A stretch of DNA of 64,000 bases from Candidatus Latescibacterota bacterium (GCA_965197905.1 CBDAOB010000002.1:256001-320000), one strand, 5' to 3'. Counted from the first letter of the stretch, positions 37,639 to 48,125 are shown. Numbers and translations: made by a program. Notes: generated by a model not told the origin, from the sequence alone.

Positions 37639-38754
37639 ATGAAGATCACCGATGTGAAGACTTATCTGGTCAACGCGAACGAGGGGTCGTCGATGAATAC
37701 GCGCCCTCGCGGGCGGAACTGGCTGTTCGTCAAGGTTTTCACGGACGAAGGCGTGACTGGCGTGGGCGAAGGGGGCGGTTGGCCGTATATCGTGGAGAAG
37801 GCGATTCAGGAGATGAAACACTTTCTGATCGGCGAAAACCCCTTCCAGATAGAGAAGCTCTGGCTCAGGCTCTACGACATCCTGCATGGTCATGGGGTCA
37901 CGGGGTCGGTGCGGGGAGGCATGATCAGCGCTCTCGATTGCGCGCTTTGGGATATCAAAGGCAAGGCGCTCGGGGTACCGGTTTGGGAGCTGCTCGGCGG
38001 CAAGATGCGGGACAGCATTCCGGTGTACGGACACGCCAGCACACCCACAGAAGCAGAGCGGCTGATCGACCGCGGTTACCGATTCTTCAAGTGCGGACCC
38101 AAGATCGAAACGCTGAGGAGACTGCGCGAGACCGTCGGTTACGAGGTCGAGATCGGCGTCCACTGCCATGCGGAGATGACGCCGTCCGCCGCCATCCAAC
38201 TCGGCCGGGGATGCGAACCGTATCGCCCCATGTTTCTAGAAGATCCTGTGGTGCCGGAAAACGTGGAGGCGTTCGCCAAGGTAGCGGAAAAGGTCTCGAT
38301 CCCACTGGCAACGGGAGAGCGCTTCGCCACCAAGTGGGCATTCGCGGAACTATTAGCGCGCAACCTCGTGGATATCGTACAGCCGGAGACGACCCGTCTC
38401 GGCGGGATCACCGAACTCAAGAAGCTGGCAGCCATGGCCGAAGCGCAGGCGGTGACGGTGGCCCCCCACGACGGCTCGGTAGGGCCGATCATTGAGATGG
38501 CGAACGTCCACGTGCTCGCGTCGATTCCGAACTGCATCTTCCTCGAGCACAAGGCCGACGACGTCGCGTGGCGATACGATGTGGCGCCGGGATGTGTGGA
38601 GGAAAGGGGGGGGTCAATCAGAGTGCCCGATGCTCCCGGTCTGGGTTGCGACGTGGATGAGGCGATTGCAGCGGCGCACCCGATTCCGGACATCGATGCG
38701 TTCGAATACACCCACCGGACACCCGAGCAGATTCAGCAGTCTTTCGTTCGTTAG
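37639..38754 (+). CDS. Mandelate racemase/galactonate dehydratase-like enolase-superfamily enzyme
   Basis: MKITDVKT, KVFTDEGVTGVGE, SALDCALWDIKGKALGVPVWELLGG, FLED, TGER, APH, PGLG; AGGAG RBS. Confidence 0.9.
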   Translation: MKITDVKTYLVNANEGSSMNTRPRGRNWLFVKVFTDEGVTGVGEGGGWPYIVEKAIQEMKHFLIGENPFQIEKLWLRLYDILHGHGVTGSVRGGMISALDCALWDIKGKALGVPVWELLGGKMRDSIPVYGHASTPTEAERLIDRGYRFFKCGPKIETLRRLRETVGYEVEIGVHCHAEMTPSAAIQLGRGCEPYRPMFLEDPVVPENVEAFAKVAEKVSIPLATGERFATKWAFAELLARNLVDIVQPETTRLGGITELKKLAAMAEAQAVTVAPHDGSVGPIIEMANVHVLASIPNCIFLEHKADDVAWRYDVAPGCVEERGGSIRVPDAPGLGCDVDEAIAAAHPIPDIDAFEYTHRTPEQIQQSFVR

Positions 38755-38770
38755 TCCGGGCGCAAGGGTT

Positions 38771-40699
38771 TCACCACCCGTGCACGTAGTGGGCTTCGAC
38801 GGGAAACCAGATCGCATCTGCGATCATCGACAAACCAACGCCGACGGCGTACGCCACCGCCAGGCCGTAGAAGAACGGCTTGCCATTCAAATATGCCCGC
38901 ACTCCTCCGAACCGGAGCAGGGCATATTTAGACAACCACACTAACAACAGACTAAACCAGTAGAGACGGGTGCCAAAGGTGTCCTGGAAAGCCAGGCCGA
39001 TCGGGTGGAGCGGGAACCAGTGGAAACGAGCCCGCAATGCTGCCATTACCGCCGCTTCGCAAAAGCCGAAAGACCATAGCGCCCACTTGGCCAGACTGGT
39101 GGTAGTGCGGTGGTCGATCATAAACGCCATGGCGTCGAACACCCAGGTTGCCTTGCGGTCCAGGGTGATTTCGCCACCGAGCCGGTAAGCCCGCTCGACG
39201 GTAGCGCCGAATGACACCAGGTATCCCGCTATGAACGCTACGATCACCACGAGGACCACTGCCAGCGGCTGCCGATTCATGGTGAAGATGCGCAGGTCGT
39301 GGGTGATGGCAGGCCAGGCGGGCATGCAGAAGTTGCCAAAGAAAGCATTGCTGGTGAGCACCTTGAAGGCGATCAAGCTGCGAGGCGCGAGGAATTCCGT
39401 ACCCACCAGATCGCTGACGAATGACTCGCCGCGCAGATGGGGCCGGTTTGGAAACAGGTAGGCAAAACCGGTCGCCGCAATCAGCTTGACGACGACGAAG
39501 TAGGTAAGCCAGATCAACACCAGGACCCCCGCCGCGACCGGGAGACTCATTCCCAACCCCACGGCCCAAACGAGCAGGTAGATCCCGGATCCCGCCAGCC
39601 CGAGGAGCGCCAGCCGGTAGCGCAGAACTTCCCGGGGTTCGCCTTCGGCCGTCACCGACTGTCTCCAGATCCGGCGCAGATGGCCCCGCGCTACGTAGAC
39701 GGACCAGAGGGCGACGAACAACAGCGCGCCGTAACTCTCCATGTTGATCATAAGCCGGTGCTCGGACAGCATGCCTGTGGCACCGACGGAAGAGAGACCG
39801 GGAAGCGAGAACCCGGTTCGATGCAGGAAACCCTGCTTGATCACCGACAGCAGGTAGAAAGCCAAAAGGCTTCCCATGATATCGAGCGGGCAGAGGTAGG
39901 TCACCGCCATCATGGTGGGCAACAGCCGGATGGTAAGGCCGCCGAACGGTTCTGGAAGATCCAGCGGAAATCGCAGGGAGTACAAAACCACAGCTGGCAG
40001 TCCGGACATGAAGTAGGTGATGACGTTGTACCCCATGGGGCCGAATACCACCGTGAACCCCAGCCAGAACAGGCGGGAGCGAAAGAGCTTGGGCACCCGA
40101 CGGACGCCGGCGAAACCCGCCGTTAGGTCCAGCGGCATCTGGGCCAGCGGGAAGGTCAGTTTTTCCGCTCGTTCCCACTGGCGCTGAAACAGCAGCATAA
40201 GGCAGAATCCGAAGACCACCATGCCCAGGGAAGCACCCAGCCACTGAGCCAGCACCGCCAGCCATTGGTGCCAGGGGACGGCCGTTCCCTCTTCCAGACC
40301 GAACCAGAACGGCTTGATCACTTCGGCCCTGGGGGGAGCAAAGACATGCCAGGGCAGATAATCGAAGATCTGGTAAGCCCACTTGTTCTCGGCGCTGGCG
40401 AAATGCGTCGGCGCCGCTGTAATCGAAGCCCAGAACTGGGCCCACATGGGGATGGTGCCCACCACCCAGAGCATGGAGAACACGGTCAGCAATTCTCCCT
40501 GCCGCAGCGATATCCCCGGCCATACGAGAAGCAGCACGAGATTGAGCAGGAGAAGTGCCACGAACGGCATGAAAGCGGCCATCGGAAACTGGGAGCGGAC
40601 GGCGACGGTCACCCAGTAGAAATTGGCGGCGATGATCAGGACTCCGATCACCAGGGCTCGCAAGGTAATTCTGGATGCGGATGGAGCGTTCGTCGTCAT
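38771..40699 (-). CDS. Polytopic membrane protein, DUF6785/DUF6784-like (putative transporter)
   Basis: More than 15 hydrophobic segments; QWERAEKLTFPLAQMP and RARFHWFPLHPIGLA...WFSLLLVWLSK...RFGG...KPFFYGL motifs. Confidence 0.75.
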   Translation of the reverse strand: MTTNAPSASRITLRALVIGVLIIAANFYWVTVAVRSQFPMAAFMPFVALLLLNLVLLLVWPGISLRQGELLTVFSMLWVVGTIPMWAQFWASITAAPTHFASAENKWAYQIFDYLPWHVFAPPRAEVIKPFWFGLEEGTAVPWHQWLAVLAQWLGASLGMVVFGFCLMLLFQRQWERAEKLTFPLAQMPLDLTAGFAGVRRVPKLFRSRLFWLGFTVVFGPMGYNVITYFMSGLPAVVLYSLRFPLDLPEPFGGLTIRLLPTMMAVTYLCPLDIMGSLLAFYLLSVIKQGFLHRTGFSLPGLSSVGATGMLSEHRLMINMESYGALLFVALWSVYVARGHLRRIWRQSVTAEGEPREVLRYRLALLGLAGSGIYLLVWAVGLGMSLPVAAGVLVLIWLTYFVVVKLIAATGFAYLFPNRPHLRGESFVSDLVGTEFLAPRSLIAFKVLTSNAFFGNFCMPAWPAITHDLRIFTMNRQPLAVVLVVIVAFIAGYLVSFGATVERAYRLGGEITLDRKATWVFDAMAFMIDHRTTTSLAKWALWSFGFCEAAVMAALRARFHWFPLHPIGLAFQDTFGTRLYWFSLLLVWLSKYALLRFGGVRAYLNGKPFFYGLAVAYAVGVGLSMIADAIWFPVEAHYVHGW

Positions 40700-40853
40700 T
40701 GACTTGACCCGAGTACCTATAACCGCAAATTGGCGATGTTCAGTGAGCAGATTAACAAGCTATGTTGCCAGAAGAAAAGGACCAATCCATGAGCAAAAAG
40801 TTGGCGTTTGATGCGAAGAAGTGTTGGATCCTTCCACCATGTTGGAGAACAGA

Positions 40854-41258
40854 ATGACCTACAACCTGAACCACATTCACCTGAAGTCGCTCGATCCCGG
40901 TAAAACCGCAAACTGGTGGGTCGATACCTTCAACTTCGAGATCGTCGCGGACTCTACGCGAGACACGGGCGACCGTTTCATTCGCTGCCGCGCCGAGAAC
41001 GGCTTTGGGGTGAACATCTCCGGACCATTAACCGGTCAGACGCTCCCCGAAAGCGACGCGGAGCCGAAGCTGGGTCTTGAGCATCTCGCGTTCGAGGTTG
41101 ACGATGTCGATGGCGAGATCGAGCGGCTGGAAGGCCGTAGCGCGCCGCTCCTGGAGGGGCCGCATCAGCTTCCGGGCGGAACTCGCATCTGCTGGGTACA
41201 GGCGCCGGATAACGTGCGGGTAGAGCTGATCCAGTGGGCCAAAGAAGAGGACGACTGA
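40854..41258 (+). CDS. VOC (glyoxalase) family protein
   Basis: LNHIHL, GLEHLAFEVDD, APDNVRVELIQ; GGAG RBS. Confidence 0.88.
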   Translation: MTYNLNHIHLKSLDPGKTANWWVDTFNFEIVADSTRDTGDRFIRCRAENGFGVNISGPLTGQTLPESDAEPKLGLEHLAFEVDDVDGEIERLEGRSAPLLEGPHQLPGGTRICWVQAPDNVRVELIQWAKEEDD

Positions 41259-41260
41259 TT

Positions 41261-42112
41261 ATGGCACGTATCGGAGTTCTGCATCCTGGAAACATGGGGA
41301 TTTCTCTGGCGGTATCAGCCAAGGCAACCGGACACGATGTCTGCTGGGCTTCAGATGGCAGAAGCGAACAGACGCGTGCCCGCGCCGAGGAACATGGGCT
41401 GACCGAGCTCGAGTCGGTAGAGGAGCTCTGTGCAACAACGGAGGGCATCATCAGCATCTGTCCCCCTCACGCAACCGAACAGGTGGCCCGGGACGTGGCT
41501 GACCTTGGCTTCGAAGGAGTTTACCTGGAGGCCAACGCGATCTCACCAGCACGGGCACAAGGCATTGCCGCGACGATCTCGGAGGCCGGGGCTCAGTACG
41601 TCGATGGCGGGGTTATCGGAAGTCCGGCGTGGCAGGCGGGTAAGACCTATCTCTACCTCTCCGGCGAGCGCGCCGAGTTGGTAGCAGATTGGTTCCGCGA
41701 CGGCTTGCTCGCGACCGACGTAGTCGGACCAGGTGTGAGCGAAGCGTCGGCGCTCAAGATGTGTTTCGCCGCCTACACCAAAGGCACCACAGCTCTGTTC
41801 TTCGGCATTCTGGCAACCTCAGAAGCCTTCGGGGTGCGTGAGGACCTGATAAAAGAGTGGTCTCGACACGCCGGACTGGCGGATATGGCCGAGCGCGCAG
41901 GGGGGAGCGCTGGCGGCATGACCGCCAAGGCCTGGCGCTGGGTCGATGAGATGGAGCAGATTTCGCAAACCTTCGAAGCGGCCGGTCTGCACGGGGGATT
42001 CCACGCATCGGCGGCGGAGATTTTTCGTCGCAGCGCACCGCTGCGCGACGTCGACGACCCGAGCGTCGAGGCTGTCCTGCAGGCCCTGTTGCGCAAGGAT
42101 GTCTCAGAATAG
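41261..42112 (+). CDS. NAD(P)-dependent beta-hydroxyacid dehydrogenase-like protein (DUF1932 C-terminus)
   Basis: IGVLHPGNMG, ANAISP, YVDGGVIG, ASALKMCFAAYTKG, KAWRWVDEMEQI. Confidence 0.85.
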   Translation: MARIGVLHPGNMGISLAVSAKATGHDVCWASDGRSEQTRARAEEHGLTELESVEELCATTEGIISICPPHATEQVARDVADLGFEGVYLEANAISPARAQGIAATISEAGAQYVDGGVIGSPAWQAGKTYLYLSGERAELVADWFRDGLLATDVVGPGVSEASALKMCFAAYTKGTTALFFGILATSEAFGVREDLIKEWSRHAGLADMAERAGGSAGGMTAKAWRWVDEMEQISQTFEAAGLHGGFHASAAEIFRRSAPLRDVDDPSVEAVLQALLRKDVSE

Positions 42113-42172
42113 ACGTTGCCAGCTCAGACGAACGACCCCAATTGAAGCGAAGCCTACTCAGCGGAACGAACG

Positions 42173-43114
42173 GTGTTTTTGGGAATCGAGATCGGTGGCA
42201 CGAAGCTGCAGCTGGGAGTAGGGCGGGGAGACGGCGAGCTGTTGGCACTGGAGCGGTACGAGGTGGTGCCAGCGCAGGGTGCAACCGGGATCCTGCGCGA
42301 GATTGAGACCAGCGGCGCAGACTTGATTCAGCGCTTCGATATCCAGCGTGCAGGACTCGGCTTTGGTGGTCCCGTCGATCGGCAGACCGGTCATATAACC
42401 AAGAGTCATCAGATCAGCGGTTGGGATCAATTCCCTTTTGTCGAATGGGGTCGGCAGCACCTCGGAATCCCGGTTGTGCTGGGAAACGATTGCGACTCGG
42501 CGGCGCTGGCCGAGGCCCTGTTCGGCGCTGGAAAGGGGGCGTCACGGGTGTTTTACGTGACGGTTGGGACTGGCATAGGCGGAGGTTTTGTGGTTGACGG
42601 CAAAATTCAGGGCACGCAGCGGGCCGCCATCGCCGAAATTGGCCATCTTCGCCCCGGGCCGAAGCATCGCCGCCCAGAAGAGACGATCGAGGCCGTCGCC
42701 AGCGGCTCGGGAATCGTCGCACAGGCTAGACAACGGCTGGAAACCCTTTCCGGCGTCGACAAGGATTACGAGACGGACCTGTTAAGCCGCTGCGACGGCA
42801 ATAAGGACCGGTTGACCGCCAAGATCATTGCAAGGGCTGCCGAGGAGGGGAACGAAGTCGCTCGTCAGGTGTTAGCTCATGCCACCGAGACCCTCGGATG
42901 GGGGATTGCACAGGTGATTACGCTGTTGGCGCCCCAGGTGGTGGTAGTCGGCGGCGGAGTTTCGCTGATGCCCGAGTCGCTGTTCTTCGAGCCGCTCGAG
43001 CAAGCGGTGGCGGATTTTGTGTTTCCTCCTCTGGCGCAGTCCTACCGACTGGAACGGGCGATGCTGGGCGAGGAAGTCGTCGTCCACGGTGCCCTTGCCC
43101 TTTGCCGCGACTGA
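42173..43114 (+). CDS. ROK-family sugar kinase
   Basis: GIEIGGTK, GFGGPVD, NDCDSAALAE, GTGIGGG, EIGH, GGGV. Confidence 0.9.
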   Translation: MFLGIEIGGTKLQLGVGRGDGELLALERYEVVPAQGATGILREIETSGADLIQRFDIQRAGLGFGGPVDRQTGHITKSHQISGWDQFPFVEWGRQHLGIPVVLGNDCDSAALAEALFGAGKGASRVFYVTVGTGIGGGFVVDGKIQGTQRAAIAEIGHLRPGPKHRRPEETIEAVASGSGIVAQARQRLETLSGVDKDYETDLLSRCDGNKDRLTAKIIARAAEEGNEVARQVLAHATETLGWGIAQVITLLAPQVVVVGGGVSLMPESLFFEPLEQAVADFVFPPLAQSYRLERAMLGEEVVVHGALALCRD

Positions 43115-43157
43115 TGGTTGTATCCGCGGATCAATATGAGAACATCTGGAGGACGAT

Positions 43158-43997
43158 ATGGAACAGTTCAGTCTGACCCCACAGCAGACAAGCTTCTTCG
43201 ACACCTTCGGCTTCATACGCCTGCCCGGCCTAATGGCCGACTGCATCGGCGAGATAACGGATGCCTTCGAAGAGGTCTGGGAAGAGCGGGGAGGCGGGCA
43301 CAACGGCCAACCGCACGACGGGGAGAGCCGATCCTGTATTGTGCCGTTCATCGATCAGCACGAGCGGTTGTGCGCGTTACTCGACGATCCCAGAATCGAG
43401 GGATTGCTGAGCAGCCTTCTGGGCGATGACTTCAACTACACCGGATCCGACGGGAATTATTACGCCGGCGATACCAAGTGGCACTCGGACGGCTACGGGA
43501 ATGAGCTCCGCTTCGTGAAGATCGCCTTCTATCTCGACAAGCTGACGCGGGACAGTGGATGTCTCCGAGTTATTCCGGGCAGCCATCGGCGGGGGGAAGG
43601 GTACGCGGAGGCATTGGAAACGGAAGCACGCGCCTCGGAAGAGCATTGGGGACTTACGGGGTCAGAGGTGCCTGCCGCCGCGATCGAAACCACACCCGGC
43701 GACATACTGGCTTTTCAGCACAACCTCAAACACGCCGCCTTTGGCGGCGGCGGCTGGCGCCGAATGTTCACCATCAATTGCAGCGTTCGATTCAAACCAG
43801 ACCAGATCCCGATACTGCGAAAATATATGGGGCATTTGGCCCGGTTTTGGGTAGACCGGGCGTACGGCGAGAAGATGATCGCCACCGCCACCGAGCAGCG
43901 CATGGTCCACTTGGAACAGGTGATGGCCAACGACGACCACATCGCCGCGCTGAGCGCCAAGGCGCGCGCGGAGATGCCCGAACCTTCCCGGGGATAG
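43158..43997 (+). CDS. PhyH-family dioxygenase
   Basis: FFDTFGF, WHSD, LRVIPGSH, PGD...LKHAAFGG..RRMF; GGAGG RBS. Confidence 0.88.
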   Translation: MEQFSLTPQQTSFFDTFGFIRLPGLMADCIGEITDAFEEVWEERGGGHNGQPHDGESRSCIVPFIDQHERLCALLDDPRIEGLLSSLLGDDFNYTGSDGNYYAGDTKWHSDGYGNELRFVKIAFYLDKLTRDSGCLRVIPGSHRRGEGYAEALETEARASEEHWGLTGSEVPAAAIETTPGDILAFQHNLKHAAFGGGGWRRMFTINCSVRFKPDQIPILRKYMGHLARFWVDRAYGEKMIATATEQRMVHLEQVMANDDHIAALSAKARAEMPEPSRG

Positions 43998-44000
43998 GTA

Positions 44001-45437
44001 TCAGCGGTCGGCTTCTTCTCTCCACGTCAACGCCGAGATCTGACCCTGCCTCGCGTAATCCACCGCCTCGCCCAGAATTCTAGCCGCCTCCTGGGGGGCA
44101 TGGAACCCCATCGAGTTTTCAGCCGCGATAAAGTCCAATCGCCATTGCGCCCGGCGCTGGAGCTGCAAGCTTTTCGCCAGGTCCTGCTGGGACGCGCCGG
44201 CCTGTTTCGCCTGCGCGATGGCGTCAAGCTGATCCATCAAAGCCGCCCCGGCGCGCTGCAGCAGATCGAAATTCCGCTGCTGGATTCCGTCCACTCGCTC
44301 TCTCAACTCTTCCTCCGAGAAGTGATGGCAGGTTTGACAGGCTCGATTGACGTTGAGCAGCGGACTGCGCGCCCAGTGGTCTGAAACCTTGCTGGCCCCA
44401 TCGCGCATGTAAGGCATATGACAATCGGCGCACGCCACGCCGCTGCGTGCGTGAATACCCATGCTCCAGAGCTCGAACTCCGGGTGCTGTGCCTTCAGGA
44501 TCTTTGCCCCACTCTCCTTGTGTGTATAGTCGAAGAATTGCTGGCCGTCCGAAAACGTCGTCTCGTCCCAAAACCGCTCCAACTCCTCCGCCTTCAAGCC
44601 GTTTCCCCAAGGAAAGGTCAGCTTCATGTTGCTGGCGCAGTAATACTCCACATGACATTGGGCACATACGTAGGAGCGCATCTCGCTGCGAGAGGCGTCG
44701 GTGTTGGGATCGTAGGCGGCCGTCCTGGCGCTCTTTCGCCACCTCTCCACCGACGGTAGGTGAGGGGTCGCGGCGTCAGAAGCGGCGAGCGCCTGGATTC
44801 CCTGAATGAAACCGGGACGGGACACCCGCAGCCCCATGGTTTCGGGGGTATGGCAATCAACGCAGCTCACCGGATGCGCGTGCCCCGATTCGTGCAGCAT
44901 CCGGTTCAGCTCTTTATAGCTGTATTCATATGACTTCTCGAATCCTGCCGTGGCGTCACCGTCTCCAAGGCTGCGGTAGAGAGGCATGATCGAGGCGTGG
45001 CAGTGAAGGCACGATCCGGATTGAGGTTTAGATTGGCGCTCCGTCTGTTCCTGATCCTCGAGCATGTAAGCGTGACCACGCCGGTCTCTGTAGTCGATAG
45101 AGAACGCGTACCCACGGAACATGCGCTGCAGCCAGGGATCCCGCTCGATCTTCTGTTCGGGGAGGGCTTCACTTCCTCCGTGACCCCCGAAACGGGTCCG
45201 CGTCGCGATCGCCGTGCGGCGGTAGGATTCGAACTGCCGTGGCCAGTTCGCACCCCACAGTGCAGGATCGGTGGTATCCTCGGTTACCTCGACGGGCCGC
45301 ACATATGGATCTCTGGCTTCTGATTTTCGCTCGAAGATGTTGACGAGCAGTCCGGTAACCAGGGCGCTCGCAGCGGCGACGCCTACAACAATCGCGAGTA
45401 GGGTCGATCTCTTTGGACCGCTCGATGTGTTGTTCAT
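44001..45437 (-). CDS. nrfA: Pentaheme ammonia-forming cytochrome c nitrite reductase, CxxCH variant
   Basis: Five heme motifs CLHCH, CVDCH, CAQCH(VEYY), [33 protein letters not shown]-terminal TM helix. Start 45437 overlaps the nrfH stop. Confidence 0.93.
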   Translation of the reverse strand: MNNTSSGPKRSTLLAIVVGVAAASALVTGLLVNIFERKSEARDPYVRPVEVTEDTTDPALWGANWPRQFESYRRTAIATRTRFGGHGGSEALPEQKIERDPWLQRMFRGYAFSIDYRDRRGHAYMLEDQEQTERQSKPQSGSCLHCHASIMPLYRSLGDGDATAGFEKSYEYSYKELNRMLHESGHAHPVSCVDCHTPETMGLRVSRPGFIQGIQALAASDAATPHLPSVERWRKSARTAAYDPNTDASRSEMRSYVCAQCHVEYYCASNMKLTFPWGNGLKAEELERFWDETTFSDGQQFFDYTHKESGAKILKAQHPEFELWSMGIHARSGVACADCHMPYMRDGASKVSDHWARSPLLNVNRACQTCHHFSEEELRERVDGIQQRNFDLLQRAGAALMDQLDAIAQAKQAGASQQDLAKSLQLQRRAQWRLDFIAAENSMGFHAPQEAARILGEAVDYARQGQISALTWREEADR

Positions 45438-45916
45438 CTCTCGTCCCCTGTTTCGTCCCAAAGGTTCTCCGGCCCACCCAATCCTACAGTCTCGCCGTGG
45501 CCGGCGGTTCGATGGCAGTGCACGCAACGGATCGAGCCGGCGTCGGCACTGTTTCCGATGGCGATTTCGTGAACCATATTGCGGTGACACCTGAGGCAGT
45601 TCGACTGCAGGATCTGGCCATTTTTGCGGGTGATCTTGATCGGCTCGTGGAAGTTCTGCAGCGTAAATGCCTTGGAATGATTCCAGCCGTTCTCTGCTTT
45701 AGAGAGGTACTTGCTAAAGAATCCCTGGGGCAGGTGGCAATCTACACATCCGGCAGCCGTATGGTGGCTCGCCTTTTGCCAGGAGTCGAACTGTGGTCTC
45801 ATGATGTGGCAGTTGGTACAGGCCGCGGGGTCGCTGCTGAAATAGGACAAACCCTCACCGTAGTACCCCGTGAAGCCGCCAACGCCAAGCAGGATTCCAA
45901 CCAGGATAGCTATCAA
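45434..45916 (-). CDS. nrfH: Tetraheme NapC/NirT-family quinol dehydrogenase subunit
   Basis: TM helix, [33 protein letters not shown]; directly upstream of nrfA; only a TTG start is available. Confidence 0.92.
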   Translation of the reverse strand: MIAILVGILLGVGGFTGYYGEGLSYFSSDPAACTNCHIMRPQFDSWQKASHHTAAGCVDCHLPQGFFSKYLSKAENGWNHSKAFTLQNFHEPIKITRKNGQILQSNCLRCHRNMVHEIAIGNSADAGSIRCVHCHRTAGHGETVGLGGPENLWDETGDER

Positions 45917-45953
45917 GGCCCCGCCGGTAGCTGCTCCGAAGTGGCGAGGTGTG

Positions 45954-46904
45954 TTACGGATAGGGACCCTCGATCTGGTCGATCAAACGCATGGTGTGGA
46001 TGACGTCTCGCAGATCGGTAATGGGTCGGTCGCCACTTTTTACGCACTCCAGAAAATGTTCGTGCATGGTTAGGGTGCCGTCGTAGCGGCGCACATCCTT
46101 CTCGTCGACACCGTCGACTTCCCAGCCGCCCATTACAGTACTCACGTCGTCTTCGACGATTTCGATCTCTTCGGGAATCTTGGTGTAACAGCCGATACCT
46201 GTACCGTGCAGTTCGGATCGGATCACCCGGCCCCCCGAAGCGCGGTTCCCGAAGACGACCCCGGTAGCGCCGTTGTCGAACCGAATCAACGAGGTGTAGC
46301 AGTTGCGACTTTCGCTGCCAAACGAGTCGCGGTAGGCAGTCACCTCGGTCGGCTCACCGCCGGCCAGGTAACGGAGCAAGTCGACTACGTGGACCACATC
46401 GTTCCACAAGGTAGTGGTGCGCTCGGTGCCGTCGCCGCCGAGCATCTGCTTGTTGAAGGTGGTGCTGGCCATCGACGTCGGCCCTTTTTCGGCGACGCGG
46501 CGCATTGCCTCCTGGGTGACCGAGGCGTAGCGGCGCTGCAACCCCACACAACAGTGCACGTCATTGCCGATGGCCGCGTCGAGCATCTGCTGGGCTTCGG
46601 CGGTAGTGGCAGCGGGCGGTTTTTCGATGAACAGGTGTTTGCCGGCATTCAAGCAGTCGAGCGCCGGCTGCAATAGGACCCACTCGCGCATGATGCAGTA
46701 GACCATATCCAGGTCGACCGTTGCGAGCATCTCGCGGTGGTCGGTGAAGGTTTTTTCGATGCCGTATTGGTCGACGACGACCTTCATCCGCTCTTCATCC
46801 AGCTCACACACGGAGACGATCTCGACGTCGTCGATGGCGTCCAGGGCCGGGTAATGGGCGCCACGGGCGCGGCCACCGGCCCCGATAAATCCTGCCTTGA
46901 GCAT
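45954..46904 (-). CDS. Gfo/Idh/MocA oxidoreductase, copy 1
   Basis: GFIGAGG, EKPP, QRRY, NDVVH; AAGGA RBS. Confidence 0.9.
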   Translation of the reverse strand: MLKAGFIGAGGRARGAHYPALDAIDDVEIVSVCELDEERMKVVVDQYGIEKTFTDHREMLATVDLDMVYCIMREWVLLQPALDCLNAGKHLFIEKPPAATTAEAQQMLDAAIGNDVHCCVGLQRRYASVTQEAMRRVAEKGPTSMASTTFNKQMLGGDGTERTTTLWNDVVHVVDLLRYLAGGEPTEVTAYRDSFGSESRNCYTSLIRFDNGATGVVFGNRASGGRVIRSELHGTGIGCYTKIPEEIEIVEDDVSTVMGGWEVDGVDEKDVRRYDGTLTMHEHFLECVKSGDRPITDLRDVIHTMRLIDQIEGPYP

Positions 46905-47000
46905 GTGAATATCCTTTCGTGGGGTTGCGTTCAGGCTGTAAGAACGGCATCCTCGAGCCTCAAGGCAACGTTGTGTTTAACATGTCGACAGGAGAGAACC

Positions 47001-48002
47001 ATGGAAATTGCTCTTTGGGGTCGGGGGGGAGACGAGTCCTATCTGCGTTATGTGAGCCAGCTAGGCGCCAAGGGTGTCATTCACTGGGGCCTGTTGCCCA
47101 GGCCCGGCGAAGAGGTGCTCAACTACTTGGATCTGGTGCAACTGCGCGAGCTCTATGAGAATGCCGGATTGAAGCTCGTATCGATCGAAAACCTGGGCGA
47201 CCAGCCCCGTTTCTACGATTCGATCATCCTGGGAAAGCCCGATCGCGACCAGCACATAGAGCACATCGCCGACTCCATTCGCATCCTGGGACGCGCCGGC
47301 GTTCCATTCTTCGGCTACCACTGGATGACCGCTCCCACCGTCGAGGGAACAAATCCGGTGTTCAACACCTCCAGCACTACCCGCTGGCGCGGCGGTTCGT
47401 TAGTGCGTGCCTTCGACATGGCGAAAGCGGATAAATCACCCCTGTTCCGCGACAGGGAGTACAGCGAGGAAGAGATGTGGGACAACTTAGCCTACTTTCT
47501 GCGTGCGATCGTGCCGGTGGCCGAAGAGTCCGGGGTCACCATTTCGCTACACCCCCATGACCCTCCGGTAGATCGGTTCGGCGGGATCCCGCGGCTGTTT
47601 GTAAACCTCGACGCGTTCAAGCGGGCGATGGATATCGTCGACAGTCCCAATTCGGGTCTGACGTTCTGTCTTGGGAACTGGAGTCTCATGGGGCCCGGGG
47701 TCGCCGAAGAGGGTTTGCGTTATTTCGGCGAGCGAAAGCGGATATGCTACCTCCATTTTCAAGCCGTGCAGGGCACGCCCGAGAAATTCGTAGAGTGTTT
47801 CTTCGAGGAGGGTCAGCTCGACTTCCTCAACATCATGCGGATCCTCAAAGAGATGGATTTCTCCGGGTACATGATGCCCGCTCACGCACCGACATTCGAA
47901 GGGGAGCCGCATGGCGAAGGAGGGCGCGCCATGGCCTACAGCGTCGGTTATCTGCAGGCCTTGAGGAAGATCGTGAGGACGGAAAAGGGAGGCGGTCCAT
48001 GA
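47001..48002 (+). CDS. uxuA: Mannonate dehydratase (UxuA) family protein
   Basis: IILGKPDRDQHIE, YHWM, MWDNLAYFLRAIVPVAEESGV...LHPHDPP, GLTFCLG, ECFFEEG, AYSVGYLQAL; AGGAG RBS before ATG 47001. Substrate uncertain. Confidence 0.82.
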   Translation: MEIALWGRGGDESYLRYVSQLGAKGVIHWGLLPRPGEEVLNYLDLVQLRELYENAGLKLVSIENLGDQPRFYDSIILGKPDRDQHIEHIADSIRILGRAGVPFFGYHWMTAPTVEGTNPVFNTSSTTRWRGGSLVRAFDMAKADKSPLFRDREYSEEEMWDNLAYFLRAIVPVAEESGVTISLHPHDPPVDRFGGIPRLFVNLDAFKRAMDIVDSPNSGLTFCLGNWSLMGPGVAEEGLRYFGERKRICYLHFQAVQGTPEKFVECFFEEGQLDFLNIMRILKEMDFSGYMMPAHAPTFEGEPHGEGGRAMAYSVGYLQALRKIVRTEKGGGP

Positions 48003-48125
48003 ATTGACGCTACGCGGGGAGACAAGGGGTTCCTCGTATGATCACATTGTTCGATGTCGGGTCGAAAGTGGCGTCGTCGGAAGGCGAACTGCCACTCGGC
48101 CAAATCGTAGTTGAGGAGGGATATC

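Noticed and set aside
38952..40523. 523-aa alternative-frame ORF, and similar long overlapping ORFs such as 985..1806, 10776..11507 and 24506..25468
   Set aside because: Shadow frames of well-supported genes in GC-rich DNA, with no motifs. The similarity of 985..1806 to 10776..11507 just mirrors the paralogues on the other strand.
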